DNA of 56,804 bases from Actinomycetota bacterium (GCA_023483915.1 JAMDEO010000059.1:1-56804), one strand, 5' to 3'; counted from the first letter of the stretch, positions 19,829 through 28,920 are shown. Notes: generated from the letters alone by a model not told the origin. Program-made: numbers and translations.

Positions 19829-19907
19829 TGCAACGTATTGCATTTCACAATAGCCTACTTGCAACCCGTTACACCCGATGGTAGCTTCTGATGTGCAACC
19901 TGTTACA
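19829..19907. promoter_or_regulatory. Three 14-bp palindromic operators and the operon promoter
   Basis: TGCAACGTATTGCA 19829-42, TGCAACCCGTTACA 19860-73, TGCAACCTGTTACA 19894-907; TTGCAA-17bp-TAGCTT with extended TG (19859-19887). Confidence 0.75.
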
Positions 19908-19939
19908 CACGCGATCTCAAGGAGAAGAGGAGGGTCATC

Positions 19940-19999
19940 GTGAGGGTGCGCCGCGAGGATGCCCTCCCTACCGTCCGGAGAGAAGCCAAATGCGGATAG
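19940..19999 (+). CDS. Candidate Arg-rich leader peptide MRVRREDALPTVRREAKCG
   Basis: GGAGG at 19929-33, GTG start, 5 Arg in 19 codons, overlaps pdaD start. Confidence 0.35.
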   Translation: MRVRREDALPTVRREAKCG

Positions 20000-20454
20000 T
20001 GGTGACGAGGGGTCAGGGCTGTGGGCGAACGCCGCTGTCTGCTTTCGATCATGCGCTATTCGAGGCGGGTATCCACAATCACAATTTGCTACCACTGTCT
20101 TCGGTCATTCCACCAGGATCAACCATCGAGGAGAGCAAGTTCGCGCCCCCCGGCGACGAGTGGGGACATCGACTCTACCTGGTCATGATCCGTGGCATCG
20201 CGATGATTCCGGGCACTGAGACTTGGGCAGGCATCGGGTGGGTTCAGACAACCGACGGCCGGGGCCTCTTCGTTGAGCACGCGGATGCAAGCAAGGACAA
20301 TGTCATCGACATGATCCACCTGTCTTTAGAAGACATGGCCGGATACCGCGACGAGGGGTTTGGGGAAGTCCACTACGTCGTTCAGGGTGGCAAGTGCGTG
20401 GATAGACCCGTCTGCACACTAGTCGCAGCTGTATACGAGAGCCAAGAGTGGTAG
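19990..20454 (+). CDS. pdaD: Pyruvoyl-dependent arginine decarboxylase
   Basis: SAFDHAL..AGIHNHNL..LSSVIP with Ser-Ser self-cleavage site; GLFVEH. Confidence 0.88.
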   Translation: MRIVVTRGQGCGRTPLSAFDHALFEAGIHNHNLLPLSSVIPPGSTIEESKFAPPGDEWGHRLYLVMIRGIAMIPGTETWAGIGWVQTTDGRGLFVEHADASKDNVIDMIHLSLEDMAGYRDEGFGEVHYVVQGGKCVDRPVCTLVAAVYESQEW

Positions 20455-20458
20455 GGAT

Positions 20459-20830
20459 ATGCTGAGCGGGGACCAGGGTCAACAGCAGAACAACCGGGGT
20501 ATAGTCCATATCCTGGCCGATTTTTGGGGCTGTAACTACACGGACGATGCCGAGGTCCTCCTAAAGACGTTACAGCAGGCGGCAAACGCCGCGAATGCAC
20601 AGATCGTGGGCTCAACGCATCACCAGTTTCAGCCATTTGGGTCGACTGCGCTCCTCCTCTTGGCAGAATCCCATATGTCAATTCACACTTGGCCTGAGCA
20701 CGACTATCTTGCCATTGACGTCTTCACTTGTGGCGATCAGATGGACCCCGAGGTAGCGGTGGACTACCTTGAGAAGAACTTGGGACCAACGAAGACCCTC
20801 ATTACTAGGTTAATGCGCGGGCAAGGGTGA
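20459..20830 (+). CDS. speD: S-adenosylmethionine decarboxylase proenzyme
   Basis: HILADFWGC, HQFQPFG, LAESHMSIHTWPE, DVFTCG. Confidence 0.9.
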   Translation: MLSGDQGQQQNNRGIVHILADFWGCNYTDDAEVLLKTLQQAANAANAQIVGSTHHQFQPFGSTALLLLAESHMSIHTWPEHDYLAIDVFTCGDQMDPEVAVDYLEKNLGPTKTLITRLMRGQG

Positions 20831-21726
20831 CCGTGAGCAGACAGTCAGATCCGCGGGGCAACTGGTTCACGGAGACCGTCCTTCCATTCGCGGAGCCAGA
20901 CGTAGAGATAGCATTTAGGATCACCCAGACGCTGTGCGACGAAAAGAGCGATTTTGCACGGATTCAGATATTCGACACACCATTCTTGGGCCGGGTTCTC
21001 GCTATCGACGGCATCATCAACATTGCCAGAGAAACGGAGTTCATCTATCACGAAATGATGGTTTCTCTCCCGGCCGTATACCATGGCCACCCCGAAACCG
21101 TGCTTGTGATTGGGGGAGGAGACGGCTCCGCGGTCAAGCATGCGCTGAGGGTGAAGTCGGTTGAGCGTGTGGTCATGGTAGAGGTTGACTCACTCGTGAC
21201 CCAATTGTGCCAGTTGCACATCCCGGAACTGGCCGACGGTGCGCTAGAAGACGAGAGGGTGGCTGTCAGGTTCGCCGATGGGATCGACTACGTGAAGGCG
21301 ACTACTGAGAAGTTCGATCTTGTCGTCCTGGACGTGTCAGATCCGATCCCCGGCGGACCAGCCGAGAATCTGTTGACACCTGAGTTCCTCAGGGACGTAA
21401 AGAAGTGCCTCAAGCACCAGGGCGTCGTGGCAACTCATTGCGGATCGCTGATATTCCAGGCTGCCAAGGTAAGACATGTCCTCAAGCACCTACGCGACCT
21501 CTTTGGGCATGTAACCATGCACATCGCTCTCGTCCCTGAGTTCGAACTAACCGAGTTCGGTTTCCTGGTGTGTTCTGACGCCGATGGACCGACTATCTCA
21601 CAGGTGGACGACCGCTTCCGCGAGCTGTTCTCCAATGACCTGCTATTCCTCAGTCCCGATTTCTTCCAAAGCTCGAAGGTACTCTCGCCGTACATGACAA
21701 GGTTGACAGGAGCAAATCGCCAATGA
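20827..21726 (+). CDS. speE: Polyamine aminopropyltransferase (spermidine synthase family, divergent)
   Basis: WFTE, EFIYHEMM, VIGGGDG, VEVD, LDVSDP. Confidence 0.88.
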   Translation: MTVSRQSDPRGNWFTETVLPFAEPDVEIAFRITQTLCDEKSDFARIQIFDTPFLGRVLAIDGIINIARETEFIYHEMMVSLPAVYHGHPETVLVIGGGDGSAVKHALRVKSVERVVMVEVDSLVTQLCQLHIPELADGALEDERVAVRFADGIDYVKATTEKFDLVVLDVSDPIPGGPAENLLTPEFLRDVKKCLKHQGVVATHCGSLIFQAAKVRHVLKHLRDLFGHVTMHIALVPEFELTEFGFLVCSDADGPTISQVDDRFRELFSNDLLFLSPDFFQSSKVLSPYMTRLTGANRQ

Positions 21727-21750
21727 GGGAGGCAGAGGCCCCCTCTGGCC

Positions 21751-22599
21751 GTGTCTGAGTTAGCCCCCGTGTCTTCAACGCCTTATTCTAGGAATCCGGA
21801 CGAACTTGCCAATCTGTTGTCTTCACTCAGACATGAGGCTACCCGAGTCGGAATTGACGCCGAAACCTACACGGATCTCGGGTCATTGACCATTTACAAG
21901 GTAAGTGGACAGGACGCGTGCGCAGATGTTGGCAGGACTCTTGAAGCAAAGATACTCGGTAGCGAATACGGCTATGCGAGGGAGTTCATCGAGCACCATT
22001 TTCAGCTATTCGACCGGCATTCGCTTTTCTTTGTTGCATGCATAGAAGATGAGGCCGCGTCTACGCGGCTAGTAGGAACGCTCCGGATAATTGATTGTGC
22101 TCAGGGCGATTCAGAGACGGTCAGTATGTTCCGGGAGTTCTATGGGGAGAACACGCCGTTGCCAAGAGAGCTTAATTTCCGGCCCGAGGAGGATCGGGTC
22201 TGGGACATCCTGAGTGTCGCTGTGGAGAGGCCATACAGAAACGGGATCACCGCAAGTTGGCTATACCACGCGCTATACAAGGCAAGCCTGCAAGAGAACG
22301 TTAAGTGCTGGGTCGCCAACATCACCCCTCGGGAGGCAAAGAACCTCATTTGTAGACTCGGCATACCTTTCAGGACAATAAGAGGGGTCGACCCAGTCCA
22401 TGATGTGCCGCCAAACGGCACCGTCGTCGAGTACGGTTTCTATCACTTGAATCTCGTCGACTGCGGGCCTGCAGTCAAGTTACGTATGAGCCACCTGGAG
22501 GAGGCTATCGAAATGGCGGTTCCGGGCAGCGCAACCGCGCGTATGAACAAGCTGCTGCTGCGCATGGCCAGAATCTGTTGGTTCGGCGCCGGAGAGTAG
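21751..22599 (+). CDS. GNAT-fold N-acyltransferase (FeeM/LuxI-like)
   Basis: FDRHS, VGTLRII, WDILSVAV..PYR, LYHALY, LGIPF pattern of acyl-carrier-dependent N-acyl synthases. Confidence 0.6.
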   Translation: MSELAPVSSTPYSRNPDELANLLSSLRHEATRVGIDAETYTDLGSLTIYKVSGQDACADVGRTLEAKILGSEYGYAREFIEHHFQLFDRHSLFFVACIEDEAASTRLVGTLRIIDCAQGDSETVSMFREFYGENTPLPRELNFRPEEDRVWDILSVAVERPYRNGITASWLYHALYKASLQENVKCWVANITPREAKNLICRLGIPFRTIRGVDPVHDVPPNGTVVEYGFYHLNLVDCGPAVKLRMSHLEEAIEMAVPGSATARMNKLLLRMARICWFGAGE

Positions 22600-22739
22600 T
22601 GGACTTCAGGGCTCGCGGACCCAGCGCGCTGCTATCCCAGCACTTCAGATGCAAACCGTTTGCTCGCTTTTCGCCCTTTTGGGCTCTTCAGCGTAAGCAC
22701 GCACTTACGGAAGCGAATATGACAAACAGATATAGGCCG

Positions 22740-22765
22740 GGTGGGGCGGTTTTCGCCGCCCCACC
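22740..22765. terminator. Hairpin between convergent genes
   Basis: GGTGGGGCGG-ttttcg-CCGCCCCACC perfect 10-bp stem. Confidence 0.55.
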
Positions 22766-22785
22766 CCATCGGCGTTTGAACGGTG

Positions 22786-23325
22786 CTACTTGTGACCCTC
22801 ATCATCGGCGATGTCGAAGTCTTCGAGAGGGATGTACGCACTCTCGGAGGCCATGATGCCGTCTGGTTTGGTCATCTCGTTCTGGCAGATCGCGATGATC
22901 CATTTGAGCATGTTCCAGGCGATGCACTCGTCGAAGACAGCCTGTACGCCGCTGAACGCAACGACAAGTTTGTTCTCGATAGCGGAGCCGCCCCACTTGG
23001 TCATGCCAGACAGGTAGAGATGAGGGGCATCCTGCTGCACCTGACGGCTGGTAAGGCCGGTTTGCCAGCCCACCCTGGCCTTGGACAGAGCGATCGCGTC
23101 GTACTTCTGAGCGACCTCTTCGTATTCCGGCTTGAGCGGACGTCTGTCGTCCACGCGCGCCTGGAACATGATTTCGCCACTCCATGGGTCAAGTACCACA
23201 ATGGTACCGGCCAGTTTGTTGGTGGTTCCCAGATGCGCCGCTGCGACGATGGATGCATTGCACATTACCCAGGCGTCTCTGCAGATCTCCGCGTTGAGCC
23301 CAGTGAACATGTCAAAACTGAACAT
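22786..23325 (-). CDS. Hypothetical protein, GlcG/HbpS-like fold
   Basis: IALSKA...WGG...VVAFSG...FD..IA pattern; AGGAG-containing RBS before MFSFD. Confidence 0.55.
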   Translation of the reverse strand: MFSFDMFTGLNAEICRDAWVMCNASIVAAAHLGTTNKLAGTIVVLDPWSGEIMFQARVDDRRPLKPEYEEVAQKYDAIALSKARVGWQTGLTSRQVQQDAPHLYLSGMTKWGGSAIENKLVVAFSGVQAVFDECIAWNMLKWIIAICQNEMTKPDGIMASESAYIPLEDFDIADDEGHK

Positions 23326-23503
23326 GTCAAGACCCTTCTCCTCATCGGGCGAGATGCCCACAGTCTTTGTCTGTCGGTCTCGCCCCAATGGGAGACACAA
23401 GATGAGGCCCCGCTTGCCAAGGAAAGCAAGCAAGACCTCATCTTGTGATTATCTGCTTGTCAAAGAAACACCTTCGGAGATAGGTCTCAACGAAGATATA
23501 CAT

Positions 23504-23532
23504 ATTATAGCATATACTTATAGAATTGGCAA
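23504..23532 (-). promoter_or_regulatory. Near-consensus promoter for the GlcG-like gene
   Basis: TTGCCA-17bp-TATAAT with extended TG in an AT-rich patch. Confidence 0.7.
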
Positions 23533-23650
23533 TAGTTTTGTAGGTGACAACCTCTCATCGCTCCTCTGTGTTTAAATAGCGCTTCCGCTGACTATAAGCC
23601 TGCACTTTCCACGAGATCACCTGGTAAACTTAAGTTCACCGTTGCTATCT

Positions 23651-23780
23651 GTGTCAATGCAACATCGTCCTCTGGCGCAGAAGCAGATCGAAGAAGCAGA
23701 ACAGCCGCGTTTTGGCCAGTGTCGTTGATCGAGATTGGTCGGCGCTTGGGCGTAGATAGAACGACCGTGCGCAGGAGATG
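23651..23780 (+). pseudogene. Frameshifted remnant of a tandem-HTH gene paralogous to 14488-14958
   Basis: VSMQHRPLAQKQIEEAEQ then, in a shifted frame, SLIEIGRRLGVDRTTVRRR; compare VQMRGRPLTESQIDEAER...SLTEVGHQIGVDRTAVSRR. Confidence 0.7.
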
Positions 23781-23856
23781 GACGCCCGAACCCAAGCCTT
23801 GTGAGCCAGAAGCCACACACGATTGTGAGTCGGGTTCATGGCGTGGCCCCTGACGC

Positions 23857-26800
23857 CTATTGCAGCGAACTCACGAGTTCGGTCATCTCAGCAGACGTCC
23901 AACGGTTGGCAATCGCTGTCAGCAGATCTCGGTACTCTCGTAGCTCGGCTCCAGAAGGTCTGTTCCACCCATGAGTGGCGTTGAGCAGACTGACTGTCTC
24001 AGCCTCCGTGGACGTGGCATTTGCGCGCCGAACCAGAGCCAGGTTCACTTCCCAATGACTCCTAAGCCCTCTGCGAATCCCTTCCGACATCCGACAGACG
24101 TGCTGAATTGGTGCTGATTCGATCACCCGAACAGCGACTCGGCGAGCCTCATTAGAGCCGTTTGTCGCATGCACCAACCACTCGACTTCCTCCAGCTGGA
24201 TTCCCCCTGCAGCCGAGCCACGCAGGGCCAACGGTACCCCAAGTGATCGCATTTCCGTGATTCCCCCCTCATGGAGCTCACGGATCGAGTTGGCCATATC
24301 TCCTAGCGAGGACTCTTGGCCAACGATCCTTGTTCTCAGAGCTTCGATGAAAGGCGATATGTCCACATTGACTCCCTGGAGACTGGCTAGAGTCTCTCCA
24401 AACTCCGCGAGAGACCCCGCTGATACTCTGGGGAGATGTCGGACCATCTCGCCCACCAGCGAGTCACCGGCCTCCTTATCACCTCGGCTGGCAATGATCG
24501 CCGCAGCCTCTTTGCTTAGCTTTGCGTATTGATTGTCCGGAGAGCCACTCAGAGCACCAGCTAGAAGGCCATGATTGCGCCCGTTATCAAAATCGGCAGC
24601 TAGCCTGGCCCAGTTCTCTCCCTGCGAAGCAGCCCAGCGGCCGATCAGGGTTGGAACCGGGTCCACTCCGAAGCTTTCCAGAGTGCTCTTCTCGTCAATT
24701 ACGAGCTTCCGCGCCTCAGATTCGCCGGCACTCTGCAACCAAGCTGTTACAGGATTGACGACAGCAGGCTTGATCTCCTCGGACACCGACAGACGGAGCG
24801 CGGACGCCAGCCGTGCCGGGGGGTCAACGGTTCCCGGCAGGCTAACCAGCAACTTGGCCAATTGGTCGACCTCGCTGCAGGCAGGGACCGCCCAGAGCAG
24901 TTTCGTGAGCTGGTCCACAAGCCGGAAGCCATCTGCGTCATCCGGCAGGCCTCTAGTTTGGCTGGCCGTCCTATCTGCAACCGGCTGCAGAGTTGCAGGG
25001 TCGTGCTTGCCAGCTTCGAGCAACACCTGCAAGCGTCCAATCGCGGTCAGCAGAGAGGAGTAGTCCGGTGAGGAAGCCTCCCAGGCACTCAGGCGCTCCA
25101 CATACTTGTTCGCTACAGGCCCCTCAGCTGCCCACAAGCCTCCGGGCTCCTCAAAGAGTGGGGACAGCAGTGAGTCGTCCAGTCCTTTGAGTGATTCCCG
25201 AACCGTGCTCCGCAGTTGTTCTGTGAGATGCGGATCGGACAGTTTTGTTGCCCAGACTAACCCCTGGCTCACGTTGGCTTTCGGATCAGCTTCCTTCAAC
25301 GTCTTCACGAAATCCGACGCCAGCCTCCGAAGATCGCTATGCCGATAACCGCCGGCAAAAAGGAAGATGGCCAAAGAACGAGTTACCCGACGGCGATTCA
25401 CATCGTCGCACTCGATGAAGGCCTGCACTGCCAAAGGGTGAAGCCGCCTGGCTGGCCCAGCATGATCGCCGATCGTCTCCCCGACGGCCAGAAGACCGTT
25501 TATGGCATCACGAGGAAACGCCGGAACGCTGCGCTCGATGTAGCTGACCGAGCCCGCGATGGCGTTCTCCACCTCGGCATTGTCTGTTTCGGCTAATGCC
25601 ACACTGAATGCGTCGGACTGGCCTGTGTCCAACGCCTGCTGCAAGGATGTAGGATCAGACACTCCCTTCCAAGCGGTGTCTTCACGGAGGGACATTGCCA
25701 GTCTCGTCATCGGAGCCGTGATCCTGATCTCTGAATTCGCTAGAAGATAGTCGCGCAATCGGTTCTTCCGCGTCTCCGTCAGCCCGTGGACTTGCTCAGA
25801 TACAGCTCTCCCCTTTTTCACCTGCTCGCGAAGTCGGACAAAACGTCGCCCGTCCGGGGCAAGCCAGGAAACCAACTCAGGAAACTGAGCTGTGAGACCC
25901 TCAATGAACGCCAACTGCGTTAGCGAAATCTGGGGAACAGCAGTAGGATATAGCAGTCTCCGACGGGCAGCGACACCGTTGAGAATCCGCTTCACGGACC
26001 GTGGTGATCCATTGGCGGCAGAACACACCACTTGAACGGCAGTCGTTAGATCGACCTCATCATCCTCCGAAAGAATTCTGCGTCCCTCTCGCAGCGCCCA
26101 CTGTCGGAGGTCAAGCACGTCGGGTCGCGTTAGTTGGAGATCGAGATTGAAGAACTTCTCAAGATAGTCGGCAGCGGCTATCTCTCTGCTTACGTCACTA
26201 AGCTGGCCTGCGTCTGCCGAGACCTCAGGCTCCACGTTTGACTCGATATGTCTGGCGAGGGCCGCTCTGTCGATGGGTATCAGAAAGATGGCTCTGCTTC
26301 CGGGTATCTCCACCAGCGCCCGAATCTGCGCCAGTGCCCCGAGTGCGTCACTGCCTTCAAGACGGTCCAGGTTGTCCACAACAACCAGAACTTTGTCAGG
26401 GGCATGCTTGTCCTTCGTGGTCACAAGCTGTCGAAAGACATTAGCCGTTTCCACCGACTCTGATGCAGGCGCGCGACTCTGAGATGTCGTGACGATATGA
26501 AGGAAAAGGCCTGACTGAAAGATGGTGAATATCAGGCTTGCGCTGAGCAACGCCCCCAGCAAAGCCGCATACGCCGGGAACCAGATAGCCGAGCAGACGA
26601 CCAGCGCTATGAGAACAATATCAATCGCCAAAAGCACCGCAGATGACTTCAGCCAGTCCGTGATGTTCTTGAAAAGACCACCCGAGGCGAGATTCAGTTT
26701 CGGGGGAAGCGTCTTGTTCTCCGTGAGCTGGATGGCGTCATCCAACTTCTTCGCAACGCTTTCGCGATTCTCCGTGTCTACACTCAGCTTGGCGCCAACC

Positions 26801-27072
26801 CAGATCGCCAAGGTTCGCCGCAGATGTCCTATGTCTTCGGTCCATGCGTCAACAAGGACTCCCGGTATCTTGCGGGTCTCCAACTTGCGTCTTAACGCCT
26901 CGGCGATCGTTGATTTTCCCACCCCCCACGATCCCGAAAGAGAAATCGTAAACGGAGGATCGCCCAGCTCCACCAGGTCAGCCATCCTGTCCACAAGACC
27001 GGTCACGTCGAAAGCATCGCTTTCCGAGAGATCCAGCGAATCATCGACTAGCCACGACTTCTTTTCAGGCAT
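23857..27072 (-). CDS. KAP-family P-loop NTPase with two TM helices and a long C-terminal region
   Basis: GSWGVGKS, DAW, TM pair, VVVDNLDRL, YLEKFF, PRSVKRILN; GGAG 7 nt before ATG 27072. Confidence 0.85.
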   Translation of the reverse strand: MPEKKSWLVDDSLDLSESDAFDVTGLVDRMADLVELGDPPFTISLSGSWGVGKSTIAEALRRKLETRKIPGVLVDAWTEDIGHLRRTLAIWVGAKLSVDTENRESVAKKLDDAIQLTENKTLPPKLNLASGGLFKNITDWLKSSAVLLAIDIVLIALVVCSAIWFPAYAALLGALLSASLIFTIFQSGLFLHIVTTSQSRAPASESVETANVFRQLVTTKDKHAPDKVLVVVDNLDRLEGSDALGALAQIRALVEIPGSRAIFLIPIDRAALARHIESNVEPEVSADAGQLSDVSREIAAADYLEKFFNLDLQLTRPDVLDLRQWALREGRRILSEDDEVDLTTAVQVVCSAANGSPRSVKRILNGVAARRRLLYPTAVPQISLTQLAFIEGLTAQFPELVSWLAPDGRRFVRLREQVKKGRAVSEQVHGLTETRKNRLRDYLLANSEIRITAPMTRLAMSLREDTAWKGVSDPTSLQQALDTGQSDAFSVALAETDNAEVENAIAGSVSYIERSVPAFPRDAINGLLAVGETIGDHAGPARRLHPLAVQAFIECDDVNRRRVTRSLAIFLFAGGYRHSDLRRLASDFVKTLKEADPKANVSQGLVWATKLSDPHLTEQLRSTVRESLKGLDDSLLSPLFEEPGGLWAAEGPVANKYVERLSAWEASSPDYSSLLTAIGRLQVLLEAGKHDPATLQPVADRTASQTRGLPDDADGFRLVDQLTKLLWAVPACSEVDQLAKLLVSLPGTVDPPARLASALRLSVSEEIKPAVVNPVTAWLQSAGESEARKLVIDEKSTLESFGVDPVPTLIGRWAASQGENWARLAADFDNGRNHGLLAGALSGSPDNQYAKLSKEAAAIIASRGDKEAGDSLVGEMVRHLPRVSAGSLAEFGETLASLQGVNVDISPFIEALRTRIVGQESSLGDMANSIRELHEGGITEMRSLGVPLALRGSAAGGIQLEEVEWLVHATNGSNEARRVAVRVIESAPIQHVCRMSEGIRRGLRSHWEVNLALVRRANATSTEAETVSLLNATHGWNRPSGAELREYRDLLTAIANRWTSAEMTELVSSLQ

Positions 27073-27133
27073 CCCCATTCTCCGTGTGCGCCTAAGTACA
27101 GCAAGGAGCCGCTTAACCGCATTTCTAAGCAGC

Positions 27134-27163
27134 ATTATACCGGCATCGAACGTATGTTCGCAA
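27134..27163 (-). promoter_or_regulatory. KAP NTPase promoter with LexA (SOS) box over the -35
   Basis: TTGCGA-18bp-TATAAT; TCGAACgtatGTTCG at 27146-27160. Confidence 0.75.
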
Positions 27164-27412
27164 AGCAGGAATCCGTGTTCTCTCTTTCGCCTCTGCTTTC
27201 ACCCGTGTCTAATTGAGCTGACACGTGCAGTCTGGTCATTCCCGATAGAATAAGTTGGAGGAACGGATGGCTCCCTCGCTGGAGGCCATTTGCTGTCCCA
27301 CCAACGCAAATGGTAGCGAAGATGGCGCGTGGACACCGAGGGGTCACGTCCGTGCTGCCTTGCATAGCGCGTAACGGTTATTGACCAGCGAGGCTGAGGA
27401 AGGAGTGACCTC

Positions 27413-28498
27413 ATGCCCGTGGAGTTCCAGCTAAAGCAGCGACTCGCCGGATTTGCGGCTGCAGCCGCAAATGAAGGCCAGCAGGTGCGGGTCATCTCGC
27501 GGGAACTGGTTTCCCCAAATGATGCACTACATCTTCTGGACCGTCTCGATCAGATGCAGAGCATCCTGTTCGGAAGTATCCCTGGATTACCCCCGCCTTC
27601 GCTGATTGACCACATGCTCGTTGTGATTCGACGGGATCTATCCGCGACAGCGTACGTCAATGAACTGCACAACGTGCGTGCGGAAATTCAAGTCAACCGT
27701 GGGATCATCGCGGGCGAGCCAGTTTATGCCAAGGACATCGCAAACATCAGCTCCGTCGACCTAGGCGTGGAAATAGGGGAGGACTGCGCGGTGGTCCTGG
27801 TGCGGTCTTTCGGATGGCGGCGCTCACTTTTCTTCGATTTCGGCCCTTTGCATGCGTCCAAGGGCAGGAACTACCAACTCTCCGAGGTTCTGGCGCAGCA
27901 GGCCTTGATGCTTATCGGCATGCCTTCAGGAAGGGGCCTGATTGAAGGGGCACCTGCGACCCTAGAGCGGATGACTGAAGGCCTAGTGCGGCTGCGATGC
28001 CTGCTGGGCGAAACGAACACTGATGAAGCGCGGTACCAGGAGCTGATCGAAGAACACCCCTGGATGCTCGGTGGTACCTACTCGGAAGTTCGTCGACACC
28101 CGCGACTCGACGACCGGTGGATTCCGGATTTCATAGTGACAAGATGCCACGATCAGTGCCACGACTTAGTAGAACTGAAGCAACCGTTCCTGGCTCTTTT
28201 TCGAGGGAAGGGCTCGCTGAATAGTAGTTTCAATGATGCTTGGAACCAAGCAGAGGGGTATCTCAATTTTGCCCTGCGCGAGCGCGACTACCTACGGAGT
28301 GAGAAGCAAATCTTCATCGAGAACCCTCGGTGCATTCTTCTGGCTGGGCACGGGCTGACTGAGGTCCAACGCCGCCGAATCAGGGACAAGGAGGCCCTCT
28401 CCGTGTCCGTAGCCGTCATCACCTACGACGAGCTTCTCAAGACTGCGGAGCACATGCATACGTTGGTGGCGGGCGCTGGCAACCGACGTTTCAAGTAG
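27413..28498 (+). CDS. sduA: Shedu anti-phage nuclease (DUF4263) with N-terminal extension
   Basis: E..YQELIEEHPWML, IPDF, VELKQP, AWNQAEGY, ITYDELL. Confidence 0.8.
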   Translation: MPVEFQLKQRLAGFAAAAANEGQQVRVISRELVSPNDALHLLDRLDQMQSILFGSIPGLPPPSLIDHMLVVIRRDLSATAYVNELHNVRAEIQVNRGIIAGEPVYAKDIANISSVDLGVEIGEDCAVVLVRSFGWRRSLFFDFGPLHASKGRNYQLSEVLAQQALMLIGMPSGRGLIEGAPATLERMTEGLVRLRCLLGETNTDEARYQELIEEHPWMLGGTYSEVRRHPRLDDRWIPDFIVTRCHDQCHDLVELKQPFLALFRGKGSLNSSFNDAWNQAEGYLNFALRERDYLRSEKQIFIENPRCILLAGHGLTEVQRRRIRDKEALSVSVAVITYDELLKTAEHMHTLVAGAGNRRFK

Positions 28499-28700
28499 AA
28501 GTTGGAGTTGGAGTGGAACCGGGGGTGGCGACTCGACGTGCAAAATCGTCTACGTGCAAGAAGACACTCCTCGACAAACCCCTGATTCCCGACCACACGA
28601 TGGATCTTCTTGGTACCATTCCACAAGAGCGGCGTCCTCGATCAATCCAAGCTGCGCACGAGAACCCGGCGGGGCCGAAGGCGCAAGACGGAGGTGACTA

Positions 28701-28886
28701 ATGGCCGGTCAGCATCAGGTTCAATCGTCTGACGGAAGTCACAAGGTGACAATCGGCAGCGCGGACGACCCGAAGCTGCCAAACGCGACAGCATTTGTCT
28801 CTCAACAGGATGACCGGGGCAACAAGCTGACCACTGTTTATGATTCGCAACACAGGGTCGTCAAAGAAGTACAGAAGCCAAAATAG
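28701..28886 (+). CDS. Small hypothetical protein (61 aa)
   Basis: GGAGGT RBS 5 nt before ATG; no recognised family. Confidence 0.55.
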   Translation: MAGQHQVQSSDGSHKVTIGSADDPKLPNATAFVSQQDDRGNKLTTVYDSQHRVVKEVQKPK

Positions 28887-28920
28887 TCTTGATTGATAGG
28901 CAATTGGAGTTATGATCTTA

